The notes: a model not told the origin generated them from the sequence alone. 12,745 bases of DNA from Pedosphaera sp. (GCA_031414955.1 JANOQV010000052.1:1-12745), one strand, 5' to 3'. Counted from the first letter of the stretch, positions 1 to 8,369 are shown. A program made the numbers and translations.

Positions 1-1
1 C

Positions 2-3000
2 ACGAATCAACTCATGGCCGCGATGAGCGAATACGATCCGGGCGTGCGCTGGTGGGCCGCGACCACGCTGGGCACGAACACCAACACCAGTGTGTCCGCC
101 CTGATCAACCTGGCCAGTCACACCAATTCGCGCGTGCGCGAAGCGGCATGTCAGGCCTTGGGCGTGATGAAGAACACCAACGCGCTCGCCGTGCTGGGCC
201 TGCGGTTGACCGACACGAATATCTGGGTCCGCTCCAAGGCCGCCAAAGCCCTGAAGAACATCGGCACGCCGGCGCTTCCACAACTGACCAACATGCTGAC
301 GGCGTTCATCACCAACGCCACGGATCCGCAGGTGATCGTGTGGGAGGATCCGATCCAGATCGCGAACGGCTACCTGGCCGATGCGCTGTTCAACACGCTC
401 GGCTCCTCCACGATCGGCGCGAACACGAACCTGCTTTATCCGGCGGTGCGCGCCGGCTTGAGCCAGCCGGACGGCATGGCGCTGGGCTACCTTTCGAGCT
501 TCCTGCAAAACCGTCTGACCCTGACGCACGTTCAGGTGTTGGCACCGAGCATCGTCGCCGCCATCGCGGAGCGGTCGCCGGCGGATCGGATGTTCAGCGA
601 CGGCATCCGCTTCGCCGGCCTGAAGACGCTCGGGAAGTACAAGATCGAGGAGGGCATTCCGCTGGCGCTGATGGTGAAGGAGCAAACCTGGCATGGCGAC
701 GACTGGGCACCGTTCGATCAGTTGCAGAACAACTATCGCGGCGCGGCCAGGGATGCGCTGCCCACGCTCTACGCGTGGCAGGCACACATTCCACAGTTCG
801 CAGCTGATGGTTCGATTGGCGGCTGTTGTCCGGATCGGCTGATCAACATTTCGAACAAGATTGCGTCGGCCATCGCGGCGATCGTCAACGATCCGGCGCC
901 GCCCACGCTGGTTAATTTCAAGAAGCTGTCCGCCGTCAACACCAGCCCGTCCGTGGTTGCTTTGCCGGCGACCAGCACTCTGCTCAGCACGACGGCGTCC
1001 GATCTGGACGGCGGCGTGTTGAACTATTCCTGGAGCAAGCTGAGCGGCGCGGGGAACGTGGTGTTCACTCCGAACGGCACCGCCAACTCCAACGTTGTGG
1101 CCTCGTTCGACACTCCCGGCTCCTATGTATTGCGACTGGCGGCTGTCGATGGCTCGATCCTGAACAGCAACATCTGGATCACCTACAACCTCGGCTATTT
1201 CGATTTTCAGACCTACACCAACGTGATCGGCGCGGTTTACACCAACGTGACCGTCACCGTCAGCGCGCCGACCAATCGCGCCCCGGTCCCTCAGAACCAG
1301 AGCCTCACGACTACGCTCAACACCGCCGTGCCCATCACGCTCGCCGCCACCGATCCCAATGGCGATGCGGTGACATTCATCGTTGGGACGACGCCGGCGA
1401 ACGGCACGCTCTCCGGCGCAGCGCCAAACCTGGTTTACGCGCCGGCTCCCGGTTACACGGGCCTCGACAGCTTCACCTTCACGGCCAATGACGGGCAGGC
1501 GGAATCCAGCGGCGCCACGGTGACCATCGATGTCGGAGCAGCCGGCAACCGCAGGCCCGTGGCGGCGAATCAGTCCGTGACGACTGCCGAAGACACCGCC
1601 AGGGCGATCACACTGAGCGGAACAGATGCCGACGGAACTCCGCTCACATTCACTATCGTGAGTCCACCCATCAACGGCACGCTCTTGGGCGCGCCGCCGA
1701 ACGTGACCTATTTGCCGGCCACGAATTTTCCGTCCGGGAATTTCCCTGGCTCGGACAGCTTCACCTTCGTCGTGAGTGACGCCTCGCTGACCAGCGCGGT
1801 CGCGACGGTGAGCATCACGGTGACGCCGGCGAATGATCCCCCGGTGGCCATCCCGCAGAGCGTGAACCTCGCTGCGAACACAGCACAATCCATCACGCTG
1901 GCTGGATTCGATGCCGAGGGTTACTCGCTTCTCTACACCAACGCGAGCAACCCCGCGCACGGCACGTTGTCCGGCACCGCGCCCAACTTGATTTACCGGT
2001 TGGCGACAAACTTCCACGGCGCGGACAGCTTCACGTTCCGGGTCACGGACAGCGAAGGGGCGGTGTCGTCGGTCGCGACCGTCAGCATCACGGTGAGCAA
2101 CGATCCGCCGGTGGCCCATGCGCTCTTCCTCGAAGTGCCGCCGAATAGCACCAACGCCATCACGTTGACCGGTCGCGACAACACCGGCGATGCGCTGACG
2201 TTCACCGTGCTCTCCCAGCCAGCCAGCGGACTTCTGTCGGGCACGGCGCCGAATCTGACTTACCGGCCGACGACGGATTTCACCGGCGCGGACAGCTTCA
2301 CTTTCAAAGTGAGTGACGGCGTGTGGGACGCCACCAACAACGTCACCATCACCGTGGTGCAGTGGCAAAGCCGGACCAACATCGCGGCCGGTTTCTGGGG
2401 GGTCTCGGCGAGTTGGGCGGGTGGAACGCATCCCGCGTTCGGAGGTGGAGCCGACTACCTGATCGTGTTCAGCACGAACGTCTATTCCGGCAGCAGCACG
2501 AACGATATCGCCGGGCCGTTCCAATTGAACCGGCTGATCTTCGGCAGCAACCTTCCCGCAATGAACATTTTCAGCAACGCGTTCGCGTTCACCAATCACG
2601 AGGTCACGCAGCCGCTGGTGATCCAAGGCGGCCCCAATGCGCACGCTTTCAGCAATGCGGTGACGCTCGCCGCCAGCACGACGTTCGGCGGCAAAGGCGC
2701 GGGCAAGATCACGCTGGGCGGCGTGGTCAGTGGCACGGGTGCCTTGATCAAGACGAACTCCGGCACGCTGACGCTCTCGGCGGTGAACATTTACTCCGGC
2801 GGCACCATCGTCAGCGCCGGCACGCTCAATCCGCACGGCAATGGTTCCGGGGCGTCTCGGACTGTTTTCGGCACTGGTGTGGTCTCGATGGCGAACGGCA
2901 CGATTCTCAAGGCGACGGACGTTTCGGGTCAGCCGGTGAGAATCCCCAACGCCTTCAACCTGAGCGGCGGCACCGTCAGCGTGCCCATCCCGTTCGGCGG

Positions 3001-4216
3001 CGGCACGGACCTGCGGCTCGACGGACCGATCGCGGGGCCTGGCGGCTTCACCGTCAGCGGCGGCACGCGCGGGCTTTCTCTCTACGGGACGAACACGTTC
3101 AGCGGCGGTGTGACGATCAGCGACGGCAATCGGGTGGTGATTAATAACGTCAATGCGCTGGGTCTCGGGCCGCTGAAATTGGGCAACGCCTCGGGCGGTT
3201 CCTTGCACACCGGCGCGAATCTGTCTGGGGGTCAGTTGAGCAACGCGATCAATCTCGCCGTCGGCGCGGTGCTGACCGTGGACACCGGCTCCGGCAGTTT
3301 GAACCTCGCGGGCAACATCACGAACACCGGCGGGTTGACCAAGAACGGCAACAATACCCTCACGCTCTCCGGCACGAACAGCTACACCGGCGCCACCGCC
3401 GTCCGGGTCGGGGTGCTGGCTTGCGCGCGAGCGGATGCCTTGGGCGTCGGCGCGCTGAGCATCAGCAATGGCGCGACCCTCAACTTGAATTTCACCGGCA
3501 CGCGGCGGGTGGCTTCGCTGAACCTCGGCGGCACGAACATGCCCAACGGCTCCTACGGCTCTGCGAGTTCCCCGGCGAACACGAAGGACAATCATTTCAC
3601 CGGCACCGGCACGGTCACGGTGGGCCCGCCTCCGGGTCTCATCAACTCAGCCGCCACCAGCATCGCCAGCACTTCGGCGGCGCTCCACGCCACGCTGGAA
3701 GGCAACGGCGCCATCTTCCACGTCCATGCCTATTGGAACACGATGAACGCCGGAACCAACGCCGCGCTCTGGACCAACTCGGCTTACCTCGGCGCGTGGA
3801 CCAACGTCGCCGCGACGAATCTCAGTTTCACCGCGACAGGTTTAACTCCAGGCAAGACCTACTACTTCACCTTCCGCGCCACCAACGCGACGAGCAGCCT
3901 GTGGGCGGACAACGTGGAGAGTTTCACGACGCTGGCGCCGCCCGTGCCGCCCACGCCGGTGCTGCCAGGCAGCGCGATAACTTTCTCCAGCGGCATCCCT
4001 GGCTTCAACTTCACGACGGTGGCGGGCTTCAAGTTTCGCGTCGTCTTCAAGACCACGCTGTCGGATGCTTCGTGGCTGCCCGTCATCGCGCCGCCGAATT
4101 TCCAGGCGCCCGATGGATGGAGTGCGACCTCGACCGGAGCGCCCCTGTCCTTCAGCGATGCTGGCGCAGCCGGCCAACCCCAGCGCTTCTACCGCATCGA
4201 AGCGGCGAATCCGTAG
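2..4216 (+). CDS. Large secreted/surface multidomain protein, 5'-partial: HEAT repeats, PKD/Ig-like domain, 4 cadherin/Big_9-like repeats, autotransporter-associated beta-strand (PATR) region, FN3-like domain, verrucomicrobial-type C-terminal RFYR tail
   Basis: The frame is open from base 2 (T-N-Q-L before the ATG at 14), so the true start is probably upstream. Motifs seen: HEAT-like VREAACQALG and VRSKAAKAL; PKD-like YSWSKLSG...FDTPGSYVLRL; four NxxPVA...G(L/A/S)DSFTF repeats; GALIKTNSGTLTL and GGLTKNGNNTLTLSGTNSYTG; FN3-like GLTPGKTYYFTFRATN; ends QRFYRIEAANP-TAG. From memory, the HEAT region resembles that of DUF6288-family proteins (unverified). Confidence 0.9.
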   Translation, partial: TNQLMAAMSEYDPGVRWWAATTLGTNTNTSVSALINLASHTNSRVREAACQALGVMKNTNALAVLGLRLTDTNIWVRSKAAKALKNIGTPALPQLTNMLTAFITNATDPQVIVWEDPIQIANGYLADALFNTLGSSTIGANTNLLYPAVRAGLSQPDGMALGYLSSFLQNRLTLTHVQVLAPSIVAAIAERSPADRMFSDGIRFAGLKTLGKYKIEEGIPLALMVKEQTWHGDDWAPFDQLQNNYRGAARDALPTLYAWQAHIPQFAADGSIGGCCPDRLINISNKIASAIAAIVNDPAPPTLVNFKKLSAVNTSPSVVALPATSTLLSTTASDLDGGVLNYSWSKLSGAGNVVFTPNGTANSNVVASFDTPGSYVLRLAAVDGSILNSNIWITYNLGYFDFQTYTNVIGAVYTNVTVTVSAPTNRAPVPQNQSLTTTLNTAVPITLAATDPNGDAVTFIVGTTPANGTLSGAAPNLVYAPAPGYTGLDSFTFTANDGQAESSGATVTIDVGAAGNRRPVAANQSVTTAEDTARAITLSGTDADGTPLTFTIVSPPINGTLLGAPPNVTYLPATNFPSGNFPGSDSFTFVVSDASLTSAVATVSITVTPANDPPVAIPQSVNLAANTAQSITLAGFDAEGYSLLYTNASNPAHGTLSGTAPNLIYRLATNFHGADSFTFRVTDSEGAVSSVATVSITVSNDPPVAHALFLEVPPNSTNAITLTGRDNTGDALTFTVLSQPASGLLSGTAPNLTYRPTTDFTGADSFTFKVSDGVWDATNNVTITVVQWQSRTNIAAGFWGVSASWAGGTHPAFGGGADYLIVFSTNVYSGSSTNDIAGPFQLNRLIFGSNLPAMNIFSNAFAFTNHEVTQPLVIQGGPNAHAFSNAVTLAASTTFGGKGAGKITLGGVVSGTGALIKTNSGTLTLSAVNIYSGGTIVSAGTLNPHGNGSGASRTVFGTGVVSMANGTILKATDVSGQPVRIPNAFNLSGGTVSVPIPFGGGTDLRLDGPIAGPGGFTVSGGTRGLSLYGTNTFSGGVTISDGNRVVINNVNALGLGPLKLGNASGGSLHTGANLSGGQLSNAINLAVGAVLTVDTGSGSLNLAGNITNTGGLTKNGNNTLTLSGTNSYTGATAVRVGVLACARADALGVGALSISNGATLNLNFTGTRRVASLNLGGTNMPNGSYGSASSPANTKDNHFTGTGTVTVGPPPGLINSAATSIASTSAALHATLEGNGAIFHVHAYWNTMNAGTNAALWTNSAYLGAWTNVAATNLSFTATGLTPGKTYYFTFRATNATSSLWADNVESFTTLAPPVPPTPVLPGSAITFSSGIPGFNFTTVAGFKFRVVFKTTLSDASWLPVIAPPNFQAPDGWSATSTGAPLSFSDAGAAGQPQRFYRIEAANP
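1274..2360 (+). repeat. Four tandem ~90-aa cadherin-like/Big_9 (tandem-95) Ig repeats within the CDS
   Basis: Units start at 1274 (NRAPV), 1547 (NRRPV), 1832 (NDPPV) and 2099 (NDPPV). Each has a G(T/L)LxGxxPN motif and a DSFTF motif. Confidence 0.85.
2738..3380 (+). repeat. Paralogous PATR module, copy 1 (copy 2 at ~10292-10934)
   Basis: GTLNPHGNGSGAS...SGQPVRI...PFGGGTDL.LDG..AGPGGF..SGGTR...NTFSGGVTI.DGN...NLAG.ITNTG.LTKNG.NTLTLSG occurs in both large genes. The offset is 7554 bp at both anchors checked (2828/10382 and 3338/10892). Confidence 0.9.
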
Positions 4217-4219
4217 CCA

Positions 4220-4324
4220 ATGAAATCATCGGACTCCTTCACTCCCCTGCGCTGGCTTTTACTCCTCGTGAAGCTGCCCGTGGCGACAAATGGTGCGCGG
4301 CTTTACCGGCGGCAAGCGTCCTGA
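4220..4324 (+). pseudogene. 34-aa remnant ORF: signal-peptide start joined to a C-terminal sorting-type tail (collapsed secreted-protein gene)
   Basis: ATG lies 3 nt after the upstream TAG. Translation is MKSSDSFTPLRWLLLLV|KLPVATNGARLYRRQAS*. The first half looks like the n/h-region of a Sec signal. The second half resembles the TN..RFYR tail type that ends the upstream gene (QRFYRIEAANP). Confidence 0.5.
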
Positions 4325-4362
4325 GTTGCCAGGGCGAACGCGTCTTGGCTCCTCAATTCGTC

Positions 4363-4391
4363 TGTAACCTCACGACTCTCCCGTGGAGTAT
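4363..4391 (+). promoter_or_regulatory. Putative ECF-type (autoregulatory) promoter TGTAAC-N17-GAGTAT
   Basis: An AAC-containing -35-like hexamer lies at 4363-4368, ~40 nt upstream of the ECF sigma ATG (4403). ECF sigma genes are commonly autoregulated from such promoters. The -10 assignment is a guess. Confidence 0.35.
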
Positions 4392-4402
4392 GTGGGTGAT
4401 CC

Positions 4403-4679
4403 ATGCCGTCATCCGAACAGACAACGCCGCCGCCGGACGCGTTTATTCGCGCGTTGTCGGAATGTCAGTCTGCGCTGCGGGGGTATTGCCAGGCGTCGCT
4501 CGGGCATGGCGAGGCGGCGAAGGAGGCGTGGCAGCGGACCAATGTGGTGCTGTGGCGCAAGGCCAACGACTGGAACGTGAAAACGCCGTTCCTGCGCTGG
4601 GCGCTCGCGGTCGCGCGCTTTGAAGTGCGCGCCACCTTGCGCGACCTGGCGCGGGAGCGATTGGTCTTCGACTCGGATG
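4403..4679 (+). pseudogene. ECF sigma-70 factor, N-terminal region 2 only (Planctomycete/Verrucomicrobia type); region 4 lost
   Basis: DAFIRALSECQSALRGYCQASLG...AKEAWQRTNVVLWRKANDW...FLRWALAVARFEV....RDLARERLVFDSD is a typical ECF region 2 plus the 'R.R..F' linker. Similarity stops after DSD and no region-4 HTH follows. Confidence 0.85.
4648..4665 (+). repeat. 18-bp exact direct repeat GGCGCGGGAGCGATTGGT (second copy at 9228-9245)
   Basis: Exact match read directly from the sequence. Both copies encode ARERLV, in unrelated proteins. Confidence 0.85.
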
Positions 4680-4740
4680 GACGAACGTCGCCTTTGACCT
4701 CATCAACGAGCCGGACGCTTTCGGCATCGCTTGGCATCCG
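4678..4740 (+). pseudogene. Short clan GH-A (GH5-like) glycoside hydrolase fragment with the acid/base NEP motif
   Basis: In a different frame from the sigma, 4678-4740 reads WTNVAFDLINEPDAFGIAWHP with host-like codons. F(D/E)LxNEP is the GH5 catalytic signature. It is only ~20 codons long, so chance is possible. Confidence 0.5.
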
Positions 4741-4760
4741 CCGCGCGTTCTGTGTATTCT
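4731..4760 (+). promoter_or_regulatory. Putative sigma70 promoter for the operon: TTGGCA-N18-TATTCT
   Basis: -35 TTGGCA at 4731-4736 (5/6 match to TTGACA) and -10 TATTCT at 4755-4760 (4/6 match to TATAAT), ending 14 nt before the ATG at 4775. Confidence 0.45.
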
Positions 4761-4774
4761 GGACTCGCCGTCCA

Positions 4775-5914
4775 ATGAAACGAAACTTAACAATCACGAA
4801 GCCCATTCGGGGTCCACGAGTTCATGCCGCCCCAGCGCGTTGGAAGGAGTCCTGCGCCCACAGCGAGTGCTCTCTGCATCAGCTTTCGCCGTACATTGGC
4901 AAAATTAAGAGCAGCATTGCGGCAGAGCTGGTTGACGAGTTCTCTCGCGCCGGCGAGTTGGTCGTTGACCCTTTCGCGGGTGCGGGGACAATTCCTTTGG
5001 AAGCCGCCTTGCGCGGACGACGTTCACTCGGTGCAGATGTCAGTGCTTATGCGCGGATACTATCCCAAGCGAAGCTGTCACCGCCGGTGTCTCTCGAGAA
5101 GGCCCTAATTTCCGCGGAAAAGGCACTGGCGCAGTCACGGCAATTGCCGCAACCTGACCTTCGTAGAGTTCCAGCTTGGGTTCGGCGATTCTTCCATCCC
5201 GACACACTTCGGGAGGCGTTGCGATTTGCAGAAGTCACGCGTGGGCCCGGCAACGAGTTCCTCATGGCCTGTTTCTTGGGCATCTTGCATCATCAACGGC
5301 CGGGGTTTTTGTCCTATCCTTCCAGTCACCTTGTTCCCTACTTGCGAGACAAGAAGTATCCCCGAAGCGACTTCCCAGAAATGTACACGTACCGGGAATT
5401 GCGCTCACGGTTACTGGCCAAAGTTCGTCGGAGTTTCAAGCGAGCGGTCACGCCTCCGGTCTCTCGGGTGAAGTTCATCCAAACAGCGGTGGAAGAGTTG
5501 CGGATGCCAAAGTCCTTCGACGCCCTCATCACGAGCCCCCCGTACATGAACGCTCTGGATTACGGGAGAGACAACCGACTGCGACTCTGGTTCATTGAGC
5601 CAAGTCTTGCCACGAACTCGGACAGCGATGTCATGAAACGTCGGGCAGCGTTCGTGAGTGCCATCAACAGTCTGGCTGGAAAGGTCGAGACTGGATTGCG
5701 TTCAAAGGGCTATTGCGTATTCGTTGTTGGCGAGGAGTTCAACCGCAGCTTCAGCGCTCATCCTGCGGAAGCCGTCATCGGCATAATGGCCACCAAGGCG
5801 CCGTCGCTAAAACTCCTGAAGATTCTGGCTGACAAAATTCCAGATGTGCGCCGAACTCGTCGGGAGTGTAAGGGCGTCAAGACGGAACATGTTCTCGTGT
5901 TCCAGCGGAACTGA
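4775..5914 (+). CDS. Amino-DNA methyltransferase, alpha-class motif order, probably N4-cytosine (379 aa)
   Basis: LHQLSPYIGK (motif X-like), motif I VVDPFAGAGT at ~4967, then a long variable region, then motif IV LITSPPY at 5531 and GYCVFVVG. SPPY is typical of m4C enzymes. The start was moved from 4403 to ATG 4775 because the upstream in-frame part is sigma-factor sequence. Confidence 0.88.
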   Translation: MKRNLTITKPIRGPRVHAAPARWKESCAHSECSLHQLSPYIGKIKSSIAAELVDEFSRAGELVVDPFAGAGTIPLEAALRGRRSLGADVSAYARILSQAKLSPPVSLEKALISAEKALAQSRQLPQPDLRRVPAWVRRFFHPDTLREALRFAEVTRGPGNEFLMACFLGILHHQRPGFLSYPSSHLVPYLRDKKYPRSDFPEMYTYRELRSRLLAKVRRSFKRAVTPPVSRVKFIQTAVEELRMPKSFDALITSPPYMNALDYGRDNRLRLWFIEPSLATNSDSDVMKRRAAFVSAINSLAGKVETGLRSKGYCVFVVGEEFNRSFSAHPAEAVIGIMATKAPSLKLLKILADKIPDVRRTRRECKGVKTEHVLVFQRN

Positions 5915-5915
5915 C

Positions 5916-8369
5916 ATGCGAGCGAATCTCCCAGACAAGAGTTTCTTTCCTGGAAAGCCAGTGCCGACGAGACCCGACGTTAAGATTGTCGCACTCGTCG
6001 ATAGTGGTTTCGACGGGCATCTCTATCGCGCGCATTCGGCGCAACTAGGACGCGACCTTGCCTGCAAGGTGATTCCGAGCGCCAATTTGCACGTTGGATC
6101 TGGCGGCGAAGAGACATGGAAAGCGGAGGTATTGAAAGCGGACCTGCTCCGCAATCCAGCGGTGGTGAAGTTCGAGGACATCAGAGCGTGGAAAGATGAC
6201 GCGGCTGGAATCGACTGTGTAGTGCTCGTTTCGGAGTTTGTCGAAGGCCCCAACTTACGCAAGTTCATCGCCGACCATCCGCAGGAACTCACCGTTCCGT
6301 TCATTGTTCAGTTCCTTGGAACGATGTTGGAGCTGTTTCACGAGATGAAACAACGCAACGTCACCCACGGCGACCTCCATTCTGGCAACATCCTCGTCGA
6401 AGACCGTTCCGCTTACGCGCTGATGTCACCGACATTTGCGTTCCGAGTGACAGACTTTGGTGTAGCCGAGGCGACAAGTGAGCCGCGATTTAAGGAGGAC
6501 TTTCTGCAACTGGCCGACATCCTCGCTCAACTGCTGCGCGGGGTGGACTATCAGGCGTGGGGGCCGAAGGAGAAATTTGTCTTCAACGTGCTCAGGAACG
6601 ATTTCCTTGGTCGCCATCTTGTCGAGACAGACCCTACTCGCGACCCACTGGCGAAACAGCCTGAGAAGCTCTTTCGGCGGCTCCAAGAATTGGACGCTGA
6701 GTTTGAGAATGCCGCGGCTCAGGAGTCCGCTCGGCTGCTGACGCCGTTTGATTTTCTCAGTTGCGAGCAAATTGGTGACGCCCCGTCACTGTTGAAAGCG
6801 CTCTACTCGGACCGGTTCCTTGGTCTTCAAGAAATCGAAAGCCGCAACAATATCGTCGTCACAGGCCCTCGCGGGTGCGGCAAGAGCACGGTGTTCAGGA
6901 GCCTGAGTTTGCGGCAGAAAATGCGAACGGGCGAGGCAACCGCAGAAAAAGTAAATTACTTGGGAGTTTACTATCGGTGCGATGACTTGTACTTCGCCTT
7001 CCCTCGATACAATCTTCCGGCCCGCCCAGAAGCGCTCGACATCCCGCTTCACTTCATCACTTCGACTTTGCTCGCTGAGCTGCTTGATTCGCTAGAGGTT
7101 TGGGCGAAGCAGCACGCCCGCGCGGACTTTGTCCGGCTCGAATCCAGGGCTGCGCAGGCTGTGTGGGATGTGCTCGGCCTCCCGCCGCCACATGAACCCG
7201 GAGCAGATACTCTCAAATCCATTGCGGCAGAGCTCCAAAATCAGCGACGCAAGGCCGTCGATCGGCAAAGATTTGCTAGTGACTTGAAGCGAGCGGTTGG
7301 AAGGTGCTTCGGGGCAGAGGTGCTTCAGCGCGTATGTGAAGCGTTGGTCGGGACTTTCTCGTTTCTCCGCGACCGGCCGTTCTACTTCTTCATCGACGAC
7401 TACTCGGCGCCCAAGGTCACGAAAGAACTTCAATCCAACCTCAACCGGCTGTTCATGCAGCGGACATCGGTTTGCTTCTTCAAGCTCTCGACCGAGAGTC
7501 CGGTTTCCTTTGTCAAAAGTGACGTTGACCAAAAAATCTACGTCGAGAATAGGGAATACATCCTCCAAAATCTCGGCCTGATTTACCTGCATGCGGAACC
7601 AGAACCCAAACTTGCATTCGTCCAAGATATATTCCGGCGTCGCCTTTCAGAAACGTCAGGTGGGTACCCGGTAAAAGAGTTGGACGAGCTCATCGGGAGC
7701 AATCCCAGCCAGAACAATAATCAGGAAGCCCGTCAGATTCGTGCGGGCGAAAAACCTTCACTGTGGGGTAAGGAAACTCTGTGCAAGCTGTGCAGCGGCG
7801 ATATTCACTACCTCATCAGTCTGGTCGGGGACATGGTGAAATTGGCCGGTGGCCCGACGGAGCTTGCCAAATCGGAAGCGGTGCCGCGCGTATCTCAACG
7901 CCTACAAACACAGGCGATGCGCGAAGCCGCCGGAAAATTCCTCAAAAACCTACGAGGCGTACCAAAGTGCGGCGATAAGCTGGTAGCAATTGTTGAGGCG
8001 TTCGGCAATGTAGCCCACTCACACCTGAAACACGCTGATTCCCAGAACGAGAATGGCACTCCCCCGAAGCAAGCCACGCGCATTGAGCCTTACGAGCCCC
8101 TTTCGCTGTCTGACGAAGCGCAAAGCCTCTATGACGAATTGCTGCGCTACTCAGTTTTCATCGAGGATTTCCGAGGCAAAAGCCGGCGTGGAAAAGTTGT
8201 ACCCCGGCTCTTCATGCGACGATTCCTGATTCCACATTTCAACCTTACGTTTAGCACCCGTGACTCCATCGAACTCGAACCGCGTGACTTCGAGCAGTTT
8301 TTGACCGAGCCAACTCGGTTCGAGGAGAGATTCCGTCTGAAGACGCACCAACAAAAATTTGAATTGTAA
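5916..8369 (+). CDS. Protein-kinase-like domain fused to a P-loop ATPase (ORC/Cdc6- or STAND-like) with a probable C-terminal winged helix (817 aa)
   Basis: Kinase motifs: DSGFDGHLY Gly-loop, LACKVIP, WKAEV, LVSEFVEG, HGDLHSGNILV (6366) and TDFG (6453). ATPase motifs: Walker A VVTGPRGCGKST (6864), Walker B FYFFIDDY (~7380) and SGDIHYLISL. The ATG follows the methyltransferase stop as TGA-C-ATG. Confidence 0.88.
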   Translation: MRANLPDKSFFPGKPVPTRPDVKIVALVDSGFDGHLYRAHSAQLGRDLACKVIPSANLHVGSGGEETWKAEVLKADLLRNPAVVKFEDIRAWKDDAAGIDCVVLVSEFVEGPNLRKFIADHPQELTVPFIVQFLGTMLELFHEMKQRNVTHGDLHSGNILVEDRSAYALMSPTFAFRVTDFGVAEATSEPRFKEDFLQLADILAQLLRGVDYQAWGPKEKFVFNVLRNDFLGRHLVETDPTRDPLAKQPEKLFRRLQELDAEFENAAAQESARLLTPFDFLSCEQIGDAPSLLKALYSDRFLGLQEIESRNNIVVTGPRGCGKSTVFRSLSLRQKMRTGEATAEKVNYLGVYYRCDDLYFAFPRYNLPARPEALDIPLHFITSTLLAELLDSLEVWAKQHARADFVRLESRAAQAVWDVLGLPPPHEPGADTLKSIAAELQNQRRKAVDRQRFASDLKRAVGRCFGAEVLQRVCEALVGTFSFLRDRPFYFFIDDYSAPKVTKELQSNLNRLFMQRTSVCFFKLSTESPVSFVKSDVDQKIYVENREYILQNLGLIYLHAEPEPKLAFVQDIFRRRLSETSGGYPVKELDELIGSNPSQNNNQEARQIRAGEKPSLWGKETLCKLCSGDIHYLISLVGDMVKLAGGPTELAKSEAVPRVSQRLQTQAMREAAGKFLKNLRGVPKCGDKLVAIVEAFGNVAHSHLKHADSQNENGTPPKQATRIEPYEPLSLSDEAQSLYDELLRYSVFIEDFRGKSRRGKVVPRLFMRRFLIPHFNLTFSTRDSIELEPRDFEQFLTEPTRFEERFRLKTHQQKFEL

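Noticed and set aside
52..4623. Alternative-frame ORFs 52..807, 2323..3144 and 3421..4623, plus small minus-strand ORFs
   Set aside because: Arg/His/Gly-rich off-frame products of high-GC3 coding DNA overlapping a well-supported gene, with no motifs.
4217..4780. CCAATGAAA preceding both the 4220 and 4775 starts
   Set aside because: A 9-mer largely explained by the common ATG-AAA start context; too short to support a mechanism.
4403..5914. 503-aa ORF as a single ordinary gene
   Set aside because: It comprises a sigma fragment, a junction linker and a complete methyltransferase with its own ATG (4775) and candidate promoter. It is kept only as a possible chimera.
5844..5915. GTG start at 5844 for the kinase-ATPase (and TTG start at 8359 for gene 3)
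   Set aside because: Both overlap the upstream gene. The ATGs at 5916 and 8380 give typical operon coupling.
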